From positions 24,590-88,589 of the forward strand of contig CAZBQM010000001.1 in NCBI GenBank assembly GCA_964494045.1: DNA of 64,000 bases. Reading direction: 5' to 3'. The position numbers and the translations under genes were made by a program. How positions within the stretch are numbered: position 1 is the first letter of the stretch; every line of letters begins with the position of its first letter. The notes beneath the pieces are model-generated. The model made no database searches and was not told where the DNA came from. It worked only from the letters and a program-made list of their open reading frames with translations. Shown one piece after another: positions 37,454 through 47,450 of the stretch. Source of the stretch: an uncultured Rikenellaceae bacterium (GTDB lineage: Bacteria > Bacteroidota > Bacteroidia > Bacteroidales > VadinHA17).

Positions 37454-38695
37454 ATGAAAACAAGAACTTACATAATAACAGGGACGGTGGCTGCTGCAGC
37501 TATTCTCCTTCTGGCCATTAAGCCTTTTGGAGTCAAGGAGAAGGACTATGTTATTGAAACGGTAAAGGTTGAAAGAGGCCTGATAACAAATCCTGTTAAG
37601 GCCTCGGGGACCATCGAAGCGATAACTACTGTTGATGTGGGCACCCAGGTGTCGGGAATAATTAAGAATGTCTATGTCGACTTCAACGATAACGTGAAGG
37701 AAGGACAGGTTCTGGCAAAGATTGATGAAACCAACCTTTTGGAGCAGCTAAAGCAAAGTCAGGCTGGTCTCGATCAGGCTCAGGCACAGTTGAATTACCA
37801 GCAAGCAACCTTCAGCAGGATCAAGGCTTTGTACGAAAAACAGCTTGTTGCAGAATCTGAATATGATCAGGCCCTTTTCAATCTCGAGAACTCAAAGGCA
37901 TCGGTGGTAAATGCCAGATCGGCCGTTTCAAGGGCGAAAGTAAACCTCGATTATGCTACAATCACATCACCTATCGAAGGAGTGGTGCTAAACAGGGCAG
38001 TTGAGGAAGGACAGACAGTGGCAGCCAGCTTTAATACTCCGACACTTTTTACTATCGTTAATGACCTGACCCAGATGGAAGTACAGACAAATGTTGATGA
38101 GGCTGACATCGGTAAGGTCCAAGAGGGACAGGCGGTTGAATTCACAGTTGATGCATATCCCGGCCTTAAGTTTACAGGATCGGTTTCGCAGGTAAGGCTT
38201 CAGCCTGTCACCACAAACAACGTAGTCACTTACGTAGTGATACTTAATGCACCTAACCCTGATAAAAAACTGATGCCCGGAATGACAGCAAGCGCAATAA
38301 TATTTTCAGAACGGAAGGAAGATGCCCTGATACTGTCAGCAAAGGCTGTGAGATTCAATCCTCCAAAAGATTATAAGAACGTGCCGGACGGAGGGATCGG
38401 GCAAAAGGGAGAAGCAAAGCAGGTAACGGGAACTGCCATGAAGGCAGCCATGACAGAAAAGATGACCGGATCAGCCACGGCTGATACCAGGAACAGAACC
38501 GTATGGCTTAAGGATGGGGACAATGGTATTAAACCGGTTGTCATCACTCTTGGAATCGATAACGGATCAACTGTTGAAGTAACAGGAGGACTGGGTGAAG
38601 GTGATGAGGTTGTGATATCAATGAACAGCAGCCACGGCAGTGAGCCGGCGCCGTCGACGACCTCTCCGAGACCGGCAGGACCGATGCCTTTTTAA
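37454..38695 (+). CDS. macA: efflux periplasmic adaptor subunit (MacA-like)
   Basis: 413 aa. N-terminal TM, biotinyl-lipoyl-like [24 protein letters not shown], a coiled-coil hairpin and a beta-barrel domain. Confidence 0.85.
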   Translation: MKTRTYIITGTVAAAAILLLAIKPFGVKEKDYVIETVKVERGLITNPVKASGTIEAITTVDVGTQVSGIIKNVYVDFNDNVKEGQVLAKIDETNLLEQLKQSQAGLDQAQAQLNYQQATFSRIKALYEKQLVAESEYDQALFNLENSKASVVNARSAVSRAKVNLDYATITSPIEGVVLNRAVEEGQTVAASFNTPTLFTIVNDLTQMEVQTNVDEADIGKVQEGQAVEFTVDAYPGLKFTGSVSQVRLQPVTTNNVVTYVVILNAPNPDKKLMPGMTASAIIFSERKEDALILSAKAVRFNPPKDYKNVPDGGIGQKGEAKQVTGTAMKAAMTEKMTGSATADTRNRTVWLKDGDNGIKPVVITLGIDNGSTVEVTGGLGEGDEVVISMNSSHGSEPAPSTTSPRPAGPMPF

Positions 38696-38700
38696 AAAAT

Positions 38701-39489
38701 ATGCAACCCGAAAAAGAAAGAGTCATGAAAAACAAAATCATTGAGATAAGAAACCTGACCAAGGATTATATTGTAGGTGAGGTCACCGTACATGCCTTGC
38801 GTGGAGTCAGTACCACCATTGAGGAAAATGAGTTTGTAGCGATAATGGGTACAAGCGGTTCGGGCAAGTCGACGATGCTGAATATTCTCGGGTGTCTCGA
38901 TAAACCAACCGGAGGTGAGTACATGCTTGACGGGGTCGACATAAACAAGCTCGACAGGGATTCGACAGCAAGGTTACGCAACGTCAAGCTGGGATTCGTT
39001 TTTCAGGCCTATAACCTTTTGCCAAGGACTTCGGCCCTTGAAAACGTTGAACTGCCTTTGTTCTATAACAGCCATACAAGTGCCCGCGAGCGCAGGGAAA
39101 GGGCTGTAGCTGCGCTGGAGGCAGTCGGACTTGCCGAAAGGATGCATCATATGCCTAATCAACTGTCGGGGGGACAGCAGCAGAGAGTGGCCATTGCCAG
39201 GTCGCTTGTCAACGATCCGGTGCTTATCCTTGCCGATGAACCTACAGGGAACCTCGACACCAGGACCTCCTTCGAGATAATGGAACTGTTCCAGGATCTT
39301 AATGAAAAAGGCAGAACCATTGTCTTTGTAACCCACGAGCCTGATATTGCCAGGTTCGCGACAAGGAATATAGTATTCAGGGATGGCAGGATCAGAAATG
39401 AACTATTTGTCAGTGACAGACTCATTGCAAGAGAGGTCCTTAAGACCCTTCCTGTTGAGGATATTGAAGAAATCATTATAAAATCCTAA
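38701..39489 (+). CDS. MacB/LolD-type ABC transporter ATP-binding protein
   Basis: Walker [36 protein letters not shown]. The Met at 38725 ([15 protein letters not shown]) is a plausible true start. Confidence 0.92.
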   Translation: MQPEKERVMKNKIIEIRNLTKDYIVGEVTVHALRGVSTTIEENEFVAIMGTSGSGKSTMLNILGCLDKPTGGEYMLDGVDINKLDRDSTARLRNVKLGFVFQAYNLLPRTSALENVELPLFYNSHTSARERRERAVAALEAVGLAERMHHMPNQLSGGQQQRVAIARSLVNDPVLILADEPTGNLDTRTSFEIMELFQDLNEKGRTIVFVTHEPDIARFATRNIVFRDGRIRNELFVSDRLIAREVLKTLPVEDIEEIIIKS

Positions 39490-39493
39490 GGAG

Positions 39494-40714
39494 ATGAATA
39501 TTTCGAATCTTTTCAGAATAGCAGTAAGAGCTCTCTTCAAAAACAAGATGAGGGCCTTCCTTACCATGCTTGGAATAATTATAGGTGTGGCTTCGGTGAT
39601 AGCCATGCTTGCAATCGGTGAAGGCTCCAAACGAAGCATAACGGAGGAGATGTCGTCGATGGGTTCCAACATGGTTATGATAATGCCCAACATGCAGAGC
39701 AGAGGAGGAGTCAGCCTTGGTTCTTCAGGATCAATGGTTCTGAAATACAGTGATGTTGAAGCAATCAGGAATGAGGCAACATTTATTTCAGCTGTATCCC
39801 CGACTGTTAATGCCAGCGGACAGGTGATCTACGGGAACCAGAATACCCAGACAACCATATATGGTGTCAGTGAAGAATATCTGGACATCAGAAAACTAAA
39901 TATTGCAAATGGAAGGATCTTCACTGCCTCTGAAGTAAGAAGCATGGCCAAAGTCTGCATTATCGGTCAGACAGTTGCGGAAAACCTGTTTGGTGAAGGA
40001 ATCGACCCGGTGGGACTGACTATCAGGATAAGGAACCTTCCATTTGAAGTGATAGGAGTGCTTGAGGATAAGGGAGAGAGCGGGATGGGACAGGATCAGG
40101 ATGACCTTATCATTGCTCCATGGAAGACCGTGCAGAGAAGAATGGAGGCCATCGACTATATAAACACGATCTATTGTTCTGCTGAAAGCGAGGAGACCAG
40201 TTCCAGTGCCATTGCTGAAGTTGAAGAGATACTGCGGCGTACGCATAAACTTAAGGAAACTGATGAGAATGACTTCAGGGTTATGTCACAGTCAGAACTT
40301 ATTGAATCGGTGTCGACAATTACGAATATCATGACCATACTCCTGGGAGCGATAGCGGGAATATCCCTGCTGGTGGGAGGCATAGGCATCATGAACATCA
40401 TGTTCGTATCGGTTACAGAACGTACCCGCGAAATCGGGCTCAGGATGTCGATAGGCGGCAGGGGAAAAGACATACTGTGGCAATTTCTTGTTGAGTCGAT
40501 GCTTCTAAGCATTGCCGGAGGGATCATAGGTATCATCACAGGCTACCTTATAGCAAGCGTAGCCGGAACCATATTGGGAATCGAAACTTATGTAACCTCT
40601 CAGTCCGTTATCCTGGCCTTCATGGTCTGCTTTGCCATCGGAGTCTTTTTTGGATGGTATCCTGCAAGGAAAGCTTCCAACCTCAACCCGATAGATGCAC
40701 TCAGATATGAATAA
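39494..40714 (+). CDS. MacB-like ABC transporter permease (FtsX/MacB periplasmic domain)
   Basis: 406 aa. TM1, a large periplasmic domain, and a C-terminal FtsX-type 3-TM bundle ending NLNPIDALRYE. Confidence 0.9.
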   Translation: MNISNLFRIAVRALFKNKMRAFLTMLGIIIGVASVIAMLAIGEGSKRSITEEMSSMGSNMVMIMPNMQSRGGVSLGSSGSMVLKYSDVEAIRNEATFISAVSPTVNASGQVIYGNQNTQTTIYGVSEEYLDIRKLNIANGRIFTASEVRSMAKVCIIGQTVAENLFGEGIDPVGLTIRIRNLPFEVIGVLEDKGESGMGQDQDDLIIAPWKTVQRRMEAIDYINTIYCSAESEETSSSAIAEVEEILRRTHKLKETDENDFRVMSQSELIESVSTITNIMTILLGAIAGISLLVGGIGIMNIMFVSVTERTREIGLRMSIGGRGKDILWQFLVESMLLSIAGGIIGIITGYLIASVAGTILGIETYVTSQSVILAFMVCFAIGVFFGWYPARKASNLNPIDALRYE

Positions 40715-40799
40715 TAAAAATTAAAAGCTAATTTTGGAATGAGTTGTGTCAACGGCCTGATCCAATTTCAGGTTACACATCAAGGCAAAAACCGGCACC

Positions 40800-41918
40800 A
40801 TGAAAAAAATCGGTCTGAAAGGTAACAGAATAAAGATCATACTCCATATACTTGCATGGTCTATCATAATGGGGCTTCCCCTTTATGTGACAAGAAGATG
40901 GTCGGTCGGCAAGGATTTTCTGTGGTTGTATTATATAAACATACTGATAAACGGTATAATATTCTATTCGAACTACCTTCTTCTGATCCCACGATTCTTC
41001 ATGAAAGGCCGACGGATAAGGTATTTTCTGTCGGTTGCACTTCTGATAGCCTGTTTCTACTTTGTATCTGATTTTTCAAATAAGCTTATCATCAATTTCT
41101 ACCCGCCTCCCGATATGGCGGCTGAAATCAGACCTCCTGCCGGCCAGAATATCAGAAGGATGCCTCCGGCACGGGGATTGCTTCCTATCCCCAACAGGTT
41201 CAGGCCTCTCTACAGGAATATGCATCTTGCCAATTACATGGGCAATTCACTGTTCCTTATCTTCTTCTCCCTCGGCTTAAGTGTCCTTGAACGGCAGTCA
41301 AAGATTGAAGAGCTCAAGAAGGATCTTGAAAGGGACAAACTCAACTCGGAGCTGGCCTTCCTGAAGAACCAGATAAGTCCCCATTTCTTCTTCAACACCC
41401 TCAACAATATTTACTCCCTGATAGGTATCAATACTTCCGACGCACAGAATGCTGTTCTCAAGCTGTCGCGGCTCATGAGGTACATGTTGTATGAATCGGA
41501 ACAGGGGAATCCCCGGCTAAGCAGCGAGATAGCCTTTATGAATAACTATATTGATCTGATGAAACTCAGGATGAGCGAGAAGGTCAGCCTTGAGGTGTCT
41601 TTTCCCGAAAAGCCAGGGGATGTTACCATTCCTCCTCTGTTGTTTGTACCTTTTATAGAAAATGCCTTCAAATATGGTATAAGCAACAGGGAGAAATCAT
41701 ATATCAGGATAAGCATGCTGACCATGAAAGATTCAATAACATTCAGGTGTGTAAACAGCTGCTTTCAAAAGACTGAAAATGAGGAGGGTCAGCATTCCGG
41801 AATAGGGCTTGAAAATGTCAGGAAACGACTGTCGCTGCTTTTCCCCGGGAAACATGATCTTAAGATAAAAAGTGGTGATAACGAGTTTGAAGTCTTATTG
41901 TTCCTTAGCATGACATGA
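40800..41918 (+). CDS. LytS/YehU-type sensor histidine kinase
   Basis: 372 aa. N-terminal TM helices, the His_kinase motif LKNQISPHFFFNTLNNIYSL, and a C-terminal HATPase region (GIGLENVRKRL). Confidence 0.88.
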   Translation: MKKIGLKGNRIKIILHILAWSIIMGLPLYVTRRWSVGKDFLWLYYINILINGIIFYSNYLLLIPRFFMKGRRIRYFLSVALLIACFYFVSDFSNKLIINFYPPPDMAAEIRPPAGQNIRRMPPARGLLPIPNRFRPLYRNMHLANYMGNSLFLIFFSLGLSVLERQSKIEELKKDLERDKLNSELAFLKNQISPHFFFNTLNNIYSLIGINTSDAQNAVLKLSRLMRYMLYESEQGNPRLSSEIAFMNNYIDLMKLRMSEKVSLEVSFPEKPGDVTIPPLLFVPFIENAFKYGISNREKSYIRISMLTMKDSITFRCVNSCFQKTENEEGQHSGIGLENVRKRLSLLFPGKHDLKIKSGDNEFEVLLFLSMT

Positions 41919-42628
41919 TAAGAACTATTGCCATAGATGATGAACCACTGGCTCTCCAGCTTGTGACAGGCTATATTACCAGGACACCAGGGCTTGAGCT
42001 TGCTGGCAGCTTTGAAAATCCGCTGGACGCCATGGAGTTTGTTTCTGCAGGCGGGGTCGACCTGATCTTCATCGACATCCATATGCCTGATCTCTCAGGG
42101 ACGGATTTTGCCCGCCTGATCGGGAAAGGACCGAAAGTCATCTTTACAACCGCCTACGATAAATATGCACTCGAAGGCTACAGGCTTGATGCCGTCGACT
42201 ATCTCCTTAAACCATTCAGTTATGAAGAGTTCCTGGAGGCGGCAAACAAGGCCCGAAGACTTATAACCCTCGAGAAACAGGCACTTCAGAGCGTTGAATC
42301 GAATGATGAATTCCTGTTTCTCAAATCGGACTATAAGATCAAAAGGATTAATTTCAGCGATATTCTTTATATCGAAGGACTTAAAGACTATGTAAAAGTA
42401 TATACCATAAGTTCTCCCCGACCTGTCCTTTCACTTTCGACGATGAAACTCATGGAGTCGAAACTCCCTCCTGACAGGTTTATGAGGGTTCACCGTTCCT
42501 ATATCGTAAACCTTGCAAGGGTCGATACCATTGAACACAACAGGATCGTATTCGGGAAGACACATATTCCTGTGGGAGAACAGTATAAGGAAAAATTCCA
42601 GGATTTCCTCAAAAGTAATTTCCTGTGA
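41915..42628 (+). CDS. LytR/AlgR (LytTR) family response regulator
   Basis: 237 aa. Receiver domain (IAIDDEPLA...FIDIHMPDLSG...LLKP) plus a LytTR DNA-binding domain. It overlaps the kinase gene by 4 nt. Confidence 0.9.
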   Translation: MIRTIAIDDEPLALQLVTGYITRTPGLELAGSFENPLDAMEFVSAGGVDLIFIDIHMPDLSGTDFARLIGKGPKVIFTTAYDKYALEGYRLDAVDYLLKPFSYEEFLEAANKARRLITLEKQALQSVESNDEFLFLKSDYKIKRINFSDILYIEGLKDYVKVYTISSPRPVLSLSTMKLMESKLPPDRFMRVHRSYIVNLARVDTIEHNRIVFGKTHIPVGEQYKEKFQDFLKSNFL

Positions 42629-42786
42629 TTTATTTCCCATTACCAGCTTAATGTCAGAATATATATAAGATCCGGGACTTATGCTCTGTTGAAAAGCCGT
42701 GGTGTTGAACTGAATGAACCCCGCATTTCAAAATTGGCTGATTCAGTTTTGTTTGTAGCCGGACCGTAAGAAAAAATGCAGGAAAT

Positions 42787-42815
42787 TTTGTTTTTTAAAA
42801 AAAAACCTATATTTG
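42787..42815 (+). promoter_or_regulatory. candidate trp operon promoter
   Basis: TTTG at 42787-42790 and TATATTTG at 42808-42815 match the Bacteroides -33/-7 consensus, with a 17-nt spacer. The boxes lie about 22 nt upstream of the leader ATG. Confidence 0.5.
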
Positions 42816-42836
42816 CATCAGAACAAAAAGAAAGAA

Positions 42837-42896
42837 ATGCTTTATAATCTGACAAACTGGCGTTGGTGGCTTTGCAAATTCCGGGAGAAATTGTGA
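42837..42896 (+). CDS. trp operon leader peptide, 19 aa (MLYNLTNWRWWLCKFREKL)
   Basis: ATG at 42837. Three TGG codons at 42858, 42864 and 42867 (W-R-W-W). TGA at 42894. It sits between the promoter and the terminator hairpin, directly upstream of trpE. Confidence 0.7.
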   Translation: MLYNLTNWRWWLCKFREKL

Positions 42897-42951
42897 TGTT
42901 ACCAGTCATTTGTTGAATGTAAACGCTAAAAGATATTAAACAACGGCCTGT

Positions 42952-42989
42952 CGTACTCACGACAGGCCGTTGTTTTTTTAGGCAAAAAC
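42952..42989 (+). terminator. trp attenuator terminator
   Basis: Perfect 12-bp stem AACGGCCTGTCG (42952-63) / CGACAGGCCGTT (42970-81) with a 6-nt loop, then G + T7. It ends 11 nt before the trpE ATG. Confidence 0.8.
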
Positions 42990-43000
42990 CAGAAATTATT

Positions 43001-44410
43001 ATGAAAAAGACAAAAATAAAAGCTTTTGTTGAGAAGATGCTTGCCGACACGGTGACACCTGTCAGCATTTATCTTAAGCTGAGAGATGTGTTCCCCGGAT
43101 CGATACTTCTCGAGAGTTCAGACTACAGGGGTAACGAGAACAGTTATTCATTTATTTGTCTCAGACCCCTTGCTGAGATCGGAGTGACTGACGGGGTGAT
43201 TACCGAGACTTATCCGGGAGGTGAAGTAATAAATACAGCCATATGTGACTGCACCACGCTCACTGAAAGATTTAAAGCCTTTCTCGGATCGTTCGAACTT
43301 TCTGAAACAACAGGCGATGTCCCCGTGAATGGCTTATTTGGATATACATCGTATGACGCCGTAAGATATTTTGAAAAGATCGATCTTAAACCGGAGGAGG
43401 ATGAGAGATTCAGGATACCTGACATCCGGTATTCCTTCTTTAATTACATAATTGCAGTCGATCACTGCAGGAATGAACTTACCCTGACCGAGAACCGTAT
43501 TGATGGAATACCTGGCGAAGCTGAAAGGATAAGATCTCTTATAAACAGCAGGAACATAGCTGAATATCCTTTTTCACCTGAAGGTCCTGAGGAAAGTGCC
43601 ATGTCGGATGAAGAGTACATGAATAATGTAAGCGCCGGGAAACATCACTGTCATATAGGTGATGTTTTCCAGGTGGTGATGTCGCGAAGGTATTCCCGCA
43701 GTTTCAGGGGAGATGAATTCAATGTCTACAGGTCGCTGCGGTCGATAAATCCTTCTCCCTATCTTTTTTATTTTGACTATGGAAGTTACAGGATCTTCGG
43801 GTCCTCGCCCGAAGCGCATCTTAAGATAAAGAAAAGAGTAGCTTCAATAAATCCTATAGCCGGGACATTCAGAAGAACAGGTGATGATGAAAGAGACAGG
43901 ATACTGGCTGCTGAACTTGCCCTTGACAAAAAAGAAAACGCTGAACATGTGATGCTGGTGGATCTGGCCAGGAACGACCTGAGCCGCCATTCAGTCAATG
44001 TCAGTGTAAACACTTTCAGAGAGGTTCAGTTCTATTCCCATGTGATTCATCTGGTTTCGATGGTTTCGGGCCAGATGATTGAAGGATCATCGGCCATCGA
44101 TATGATGAGTTCGACATTTCCGGCAGGCACTCTCAGCGGGGCTCCCAAGATTAAGGCAATGGGGATAATTAACCGCTATGAACCATTCAGAAGGGGATAT
44201 TACGGAGGAGCAATAGGCTATGTGGACCTTAATGGGGATTTCAACCATGCAATAATGATAAGGACATTCCTGAGCAAAGCCGGGAAGTTGTGTTACCAGG
44301 CAGGAGCTGGAATAGTTGCAGTATCCGAAGAGGAAAAGGAGCTGCAGGAAGTTGATAACAAACTTGGAGCCCTTAGAAAGGCCATAGAGAATGCACAGCG
44401 TATTAAATGA
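43001..44410 (+). CDS. trpE: anthranilate synthase component I
   Basis: 469 aa chorismate-binding enzyme (LLESSD, GTLSGAPKIKAM, RGYYGGAIGY). Confidence 0.95.
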   Translation: MKKTKIKAFVEKMLADTVTPVSIYLKLRDVFPGSILLESSDYRGNENSYSFICLRPLAEIGVTDGVITETYPGGEVINTAICDCTTLTERFKAFLGSFELSETTGDVPVNGLFGYTSYDAVRYFEKIDLKPEEDERFRIPDIRYSFFNYIIAVDHCRNELTLTENRIDGIPGEAERIRSLINSRNIAEYPFSPEGPEESAMSDEEYMNNVSAGKHHCHIGDVFQVVMSRRYSRSFRGDEFNVYRSLRSINPSPYLFYFDYGSYRIFGSSPEAHLKIKKRVASINPIAGTFRRTGDDERDRILAAELALDKKENAEHVMLVDLARNDLSRHSVNVSVNTFREVQFYSHVIHLVSMVSGQMIEGSSAIDMMSSTFPAGTLSGAPKIKAMGIINRYEPFRRGYYGGAIGYVDLNGDFNHAIMIRTFLSKAGKLCYQAGAGIVAVSEEEKELQEVDNKLGALRKAIENAQRIK

Positions 44411-44425
44411 AAAAAACTCCAGATT

Positions 44426-44998
44426 ATGAAAAGAATACTTGTAATAGACAATTATGATTCATTCACCTATAACCTGGTTCACTGTATTGGGAAACTGTCG
44501 GGAATCAGGCCCGAAGTATACAGGAATGATGAAATAATGGTTGAGGATGCCGGGTCGTTCGACAAAATATTGCTTTCTCCTGGTCCGGGTGTCCCTTCAG
44601 GAGCCGGTATTTCCCTCGATCTTGTAAAAAGATATTTTTCTGAGAAGAGCATTCTTGGGATATGTCTTGGTCACCAGACAATAGGAGAGGCTTTTGGTGC
44701 CAGGCTTGTCAATCTGCAGGATGTTTACCATGGGCTGGCAACCGAGATTGATATTACTGATAAGGGAAACAGGCTGTTCAGGGGATTACCTGTTTCATTC
44801 ATGGGGGGGCGTTATCATTCATGGGCCATAGACAGGGACAGCCTTCCGTCATGCCTTAAGGTTACCTGCCTTGACAGGAATAACATAATAATGGCTGTGA
44901 GTCACCGTGATTATGATGTTCATGGTATTCAGTTTCATCCTGAATCGGTTCTCACAGAACATGGTGAGAAGATAATTGCCAACTGGCTGGCGTCATAA
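44426..44998 (+). CDS. trpG: anthranilate synthase component II (glutamine amidotransferase)
   Basis: 190 aa. GATase-1 catalytic GICLGHQ and HGIQFHPES. Confidence 0.95.
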   Translation: MKRILVIDNYDSFTYNLVHCIGKLSGIRPEVYRNDEIMVEDAGSFDKILLSPGPGVPSGAGISLDLVKRYFSEKSILGICLGHQTIGEAFGARLVNLQDVYHGLATEIDITDKGNRLFRGLPVSFMGGRYHSWAIDRDSLPSCLKVTCLDRNNIIMAVSHRDYDVHGIQFHPESVLTEHGEKIIANWLAS

Positions 44999-45029
44999 AT
45001 ACCCCACCTTCCACAAATAATATTAAACC

Positions 45030-46025
45030 ATGCGTGAAATACTGAACCATCTTTTTGAACATAAGACACTCGACCGTGATGAGGCGGAACGGGTGCTTGT
45101 CAACATTGCCGGGGGCCGCTATTCAGAGCCCGAAATCGCGGCTTTCCTTACGATTTATCTCATGAGGAGTATTACCCTTGAGGAGCTGAAAGGATTCAGG
45201 GATGCCCTTCTGAATCTGTGCATAAAGGTCGATCTTGGAGGAATCGAGACTCTCGACCTGTGCGGAACGGGGGGTGACGGCAAGGATACATTCAACATAT
45301 CAACCCTTTCTGCCTTTGTTGTAGCCGGGGCAGGGGCAAAAGTGGCAAAACATGGGAATTACGGTGTTACCTCCACCTGTGGTTCGTCAAACATCTTTGA
45401 ATATTTCGGCTACAGGTTTTCGACCGACCAGGCTAAGCTGCGGAAAGAACTTGAGAAAGCAGGAATTTGTTTCCTTCATGCACCCCTCTTCAATCCGGCA
45501 ATGAAAAACATTGTACCGGTCAGAAGAGCCTTGAAAGTCAAGACCTTTTTTAATATGCTGGGACCCATGGTGAATCCCTCCTTCCCGTCAAGCCAGCTGA
45601 TCGGCGTCTACAATTCGGAACTGGCAAGGATCTATAATTATATCTACCAGCAGTCCGATACCTCCTACTCAATAGTTCATTCGCTTGACGGTTATGATGA
45701 GATCTCTTTAACCTCGGGATTCAGGTATATACATAATGGTGTCGATGAGATTGTCTATCCCGCACAGATTGGCTTCACAAAAAAAGATCACACGGCACTT
45801 GCCGGCGGGAGGGATGTCAGGGAGTCATCGGTGATTTTTATTGACATACTTAAGGGTAAAGGCACAAAGGATCAGAATGATATCGTAATTGCAAACTCAA
45901 TGGTTGCCCTGAAATGCTATTTCCGGCAAAAGACCATTGATCAGTGCCATGCCGAGGCAGAGGAATCATTGTTTTCAGGAAAAGCATTACGCAGTTTTAA
46001 TAAACTGATTGAATTACAGTCATGA
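45030..46025 (+). CDS. trpD: anthranilate phosphoribosyltransferase
   Basis: 331 aa with CGTGGDGKDTFNISTLSAFVVAGAG and KHGN motifs. Confidence 0.95.
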   Translation: MREILNHLFEHKTLDRDEAERVLVNIAGGRYSEPEIAAFLTIYLMRSITLEELKGFRDALLNLCIKVDLGGIETLDLCGTGGDGKDTFNISTLSAFVVAGAGAKVAKHGNYGVTSTCGSSNIFEYFGYRFSTDQAKLRKELEKAGICFLHAPLFNPAMKNIVPVRRALKVKTFFNMLGPMVNPSFPSSQLIGVYNSELARIYNYIYQQSDTSYSIVHSLDGYDEISLTSGFRYIHNGVDEIVYPAQIGFTKKDHTALAGGRDVRESSVIFIDILKGKGTKDQNDIVIANSMVALKCYFRQKTIDQCHAEAEESLFSGKALRSFNKLIELQS

Positions 46026-46816
46026 GCATTCTGGAAAAAATAGTTGAGACGAGGAAGAGGGATCTGAAATTGATGAAGGAGCTGATCCCGGTTGAAAAAC
46101 TTGCTGAAGCAATAAGTTACGAAAGGAAGATCCTTTCTCTTCCAGACTATCTGAGAGACAGTAACAGGTCAGGTATAATAGCGGAGTTCAAGAGAAGCTC
46201 ACCCTCAAAGGGAGTGATAAATGAAAAGGCATGCCTGGAAGATGTTGTTGCAGGCTATTGCAGGTGTGGTGTTTCAGCTGTATCAGTACTGACAGAACCG
46301 GTTTTTTTCGGCGGAAGCACTGACGATCTCAGAAGTGCCAGGGAACAATGTGACGTTCCCCTGTTGCGCAAGGATTTCATACTTGACCCATGGCAGCTGT
46401 ATGAGGCAAGGGCATCGGGAGCTGATGCAGTATTGCTTATAGCAGCCATCCTGGGAAAGAAACTGGTGGCTGAGCTTTCTGAGACTGCCTCACAACTCGG
46501 ATTAAAAGTACTGCTTGAGGTTCATTCCGAACGGGAACTCGCGACAATATCTCCGTTTATCGATGTCATCGGAGTCAACAACAGGGATCTCGAAACCTTC
46601 AGGGTGGATACTGATCTGTCGTTGAGACTGGCAAGTCATCTGCCGTCTGAACTTACCAGGATCTCCGAAAGCGGTATTGATTCACCTGAGCTTATAAGAA
46701 GTCTCAGGGAATCCGGTTATCACGGATTCCTAATAGGTGATTATTTCATGAGGCAGGCTGATCCTGCAGGAGCTTTAGGCCACTTAACTGGACTAATAAC
46801 TACATTAAATGCTTAA
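46022..46816 (+). CDS. trpC: indole-3-glycerol phosphate synthase
   Basis: 264 aa with IAEFKRSSPSKG, LRKDFI and GVNNRDL motifs. It overlaps trpD by 4 nt. Confidence 0.95.
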   Translation: MSILEKIVETRKRDLKLMKELIPVEKLAEAISYERKILSLPDYLRDSNRSGIIAEFKRSSPSKGVINEKACLEDVVAGYCRCGVSAVSVLTEPVFFGGSTDDLRSAREQCDVPLLRKDFILDPWQLYEARASGADAVLLIAAILGKKLVAELSETASQLGLKVLLEVHSERELATISPFIDVIGVNNRDLETFRVDTDLSLRLASHLPSELTRISESGIDSPELIRSLRESGYHGFLIGDYFMRQADPAGALGHLTGLITTLNA

Positions 46817-47450
46817 GATTAAAGTTTGCGGAATGAAAGATCCGGCCAACGCTTCAAGGATCTCCGGACTGCCAGTGGATTATGTGGGTTTCGTTTTTTT
46901 CAGGGGATCTCGCAGATATGCCGGGGATAATCCTCCGGCGGAACTGTTTGACAGTATCAGGCCCGGTGTGAGGAAGACCGGGGTGTTTGTTGATTCGACA
47001 GTCAAAGAGGTAAGCACTGCCTGTCACAGAGCAGGTATCGATGTCGTGCAGCTTCATGGCGCTGAAGACCCCGACTACTGTAAAGAATTGAAAGATTGTG
47101 GATTCACTGTTATTAAAGCATTTAATCCCACTGATGCAGGAAGCATTCTATTGTATTCGGAGGTCTGCGATTTTTTTCTTTTTGATTCGCGAACCGGCAG
47201 TAATGCTGGCAGTGGAATAAGATTCGACTGGTCGGTTTTAAATGAACTGGATACAGGCAAGCCTTTTTTTCTCAGCGGGGGGATAGGACCCGGAGATGTG
47301 CCTGCAATCATGCAGATAAGGAACAGAAATTTGTATGGGGTTGATATCAACAGCCGTTTTGAGACCACATCCGGGATAAAATCTGAAGAACTTACGGCAA
47401 ATTTCATACAACAGTTAAAATCAGGATATTATGAACTATCATGTAAGTAA
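46809..47450 (+). CDS. trpF: phosphoribosylanthranilate isomerase
   Basis: 213 aa with N-terminal KVCGM and VQLHG. It overlaps trpC by 8 nt. Confidence 0.9.
   Translation: MLKIKVCGMKDPANASRISGLPVDYVGFVFFRGSRRYAGDNPPAELFDSIRPGVRKTGVFVDSTVKEVSTACHRAGIDVVQLHGAEDPDYCKELKDCGFTVIKAFNPTDAGSILLYSEVCDFFLFDSRTGSNAGSGIRFDWSVLNELDTGKPFFLSGGIGPGDVPAIMQIRNRNLYGVDINSRFETTSGIKSEELTANFIQQLKSGYYELSCK

Noticed and set aside
42679-43068. 129-aa minus-strand ORF spanning the lytTR-trpE spacer
   Set aside because: It is AT-rich and low-complexity and overlaps the trpE start. It covers exactly the promoter, leader-peptide and terminator architecture on the plus strand, which explains the region better.
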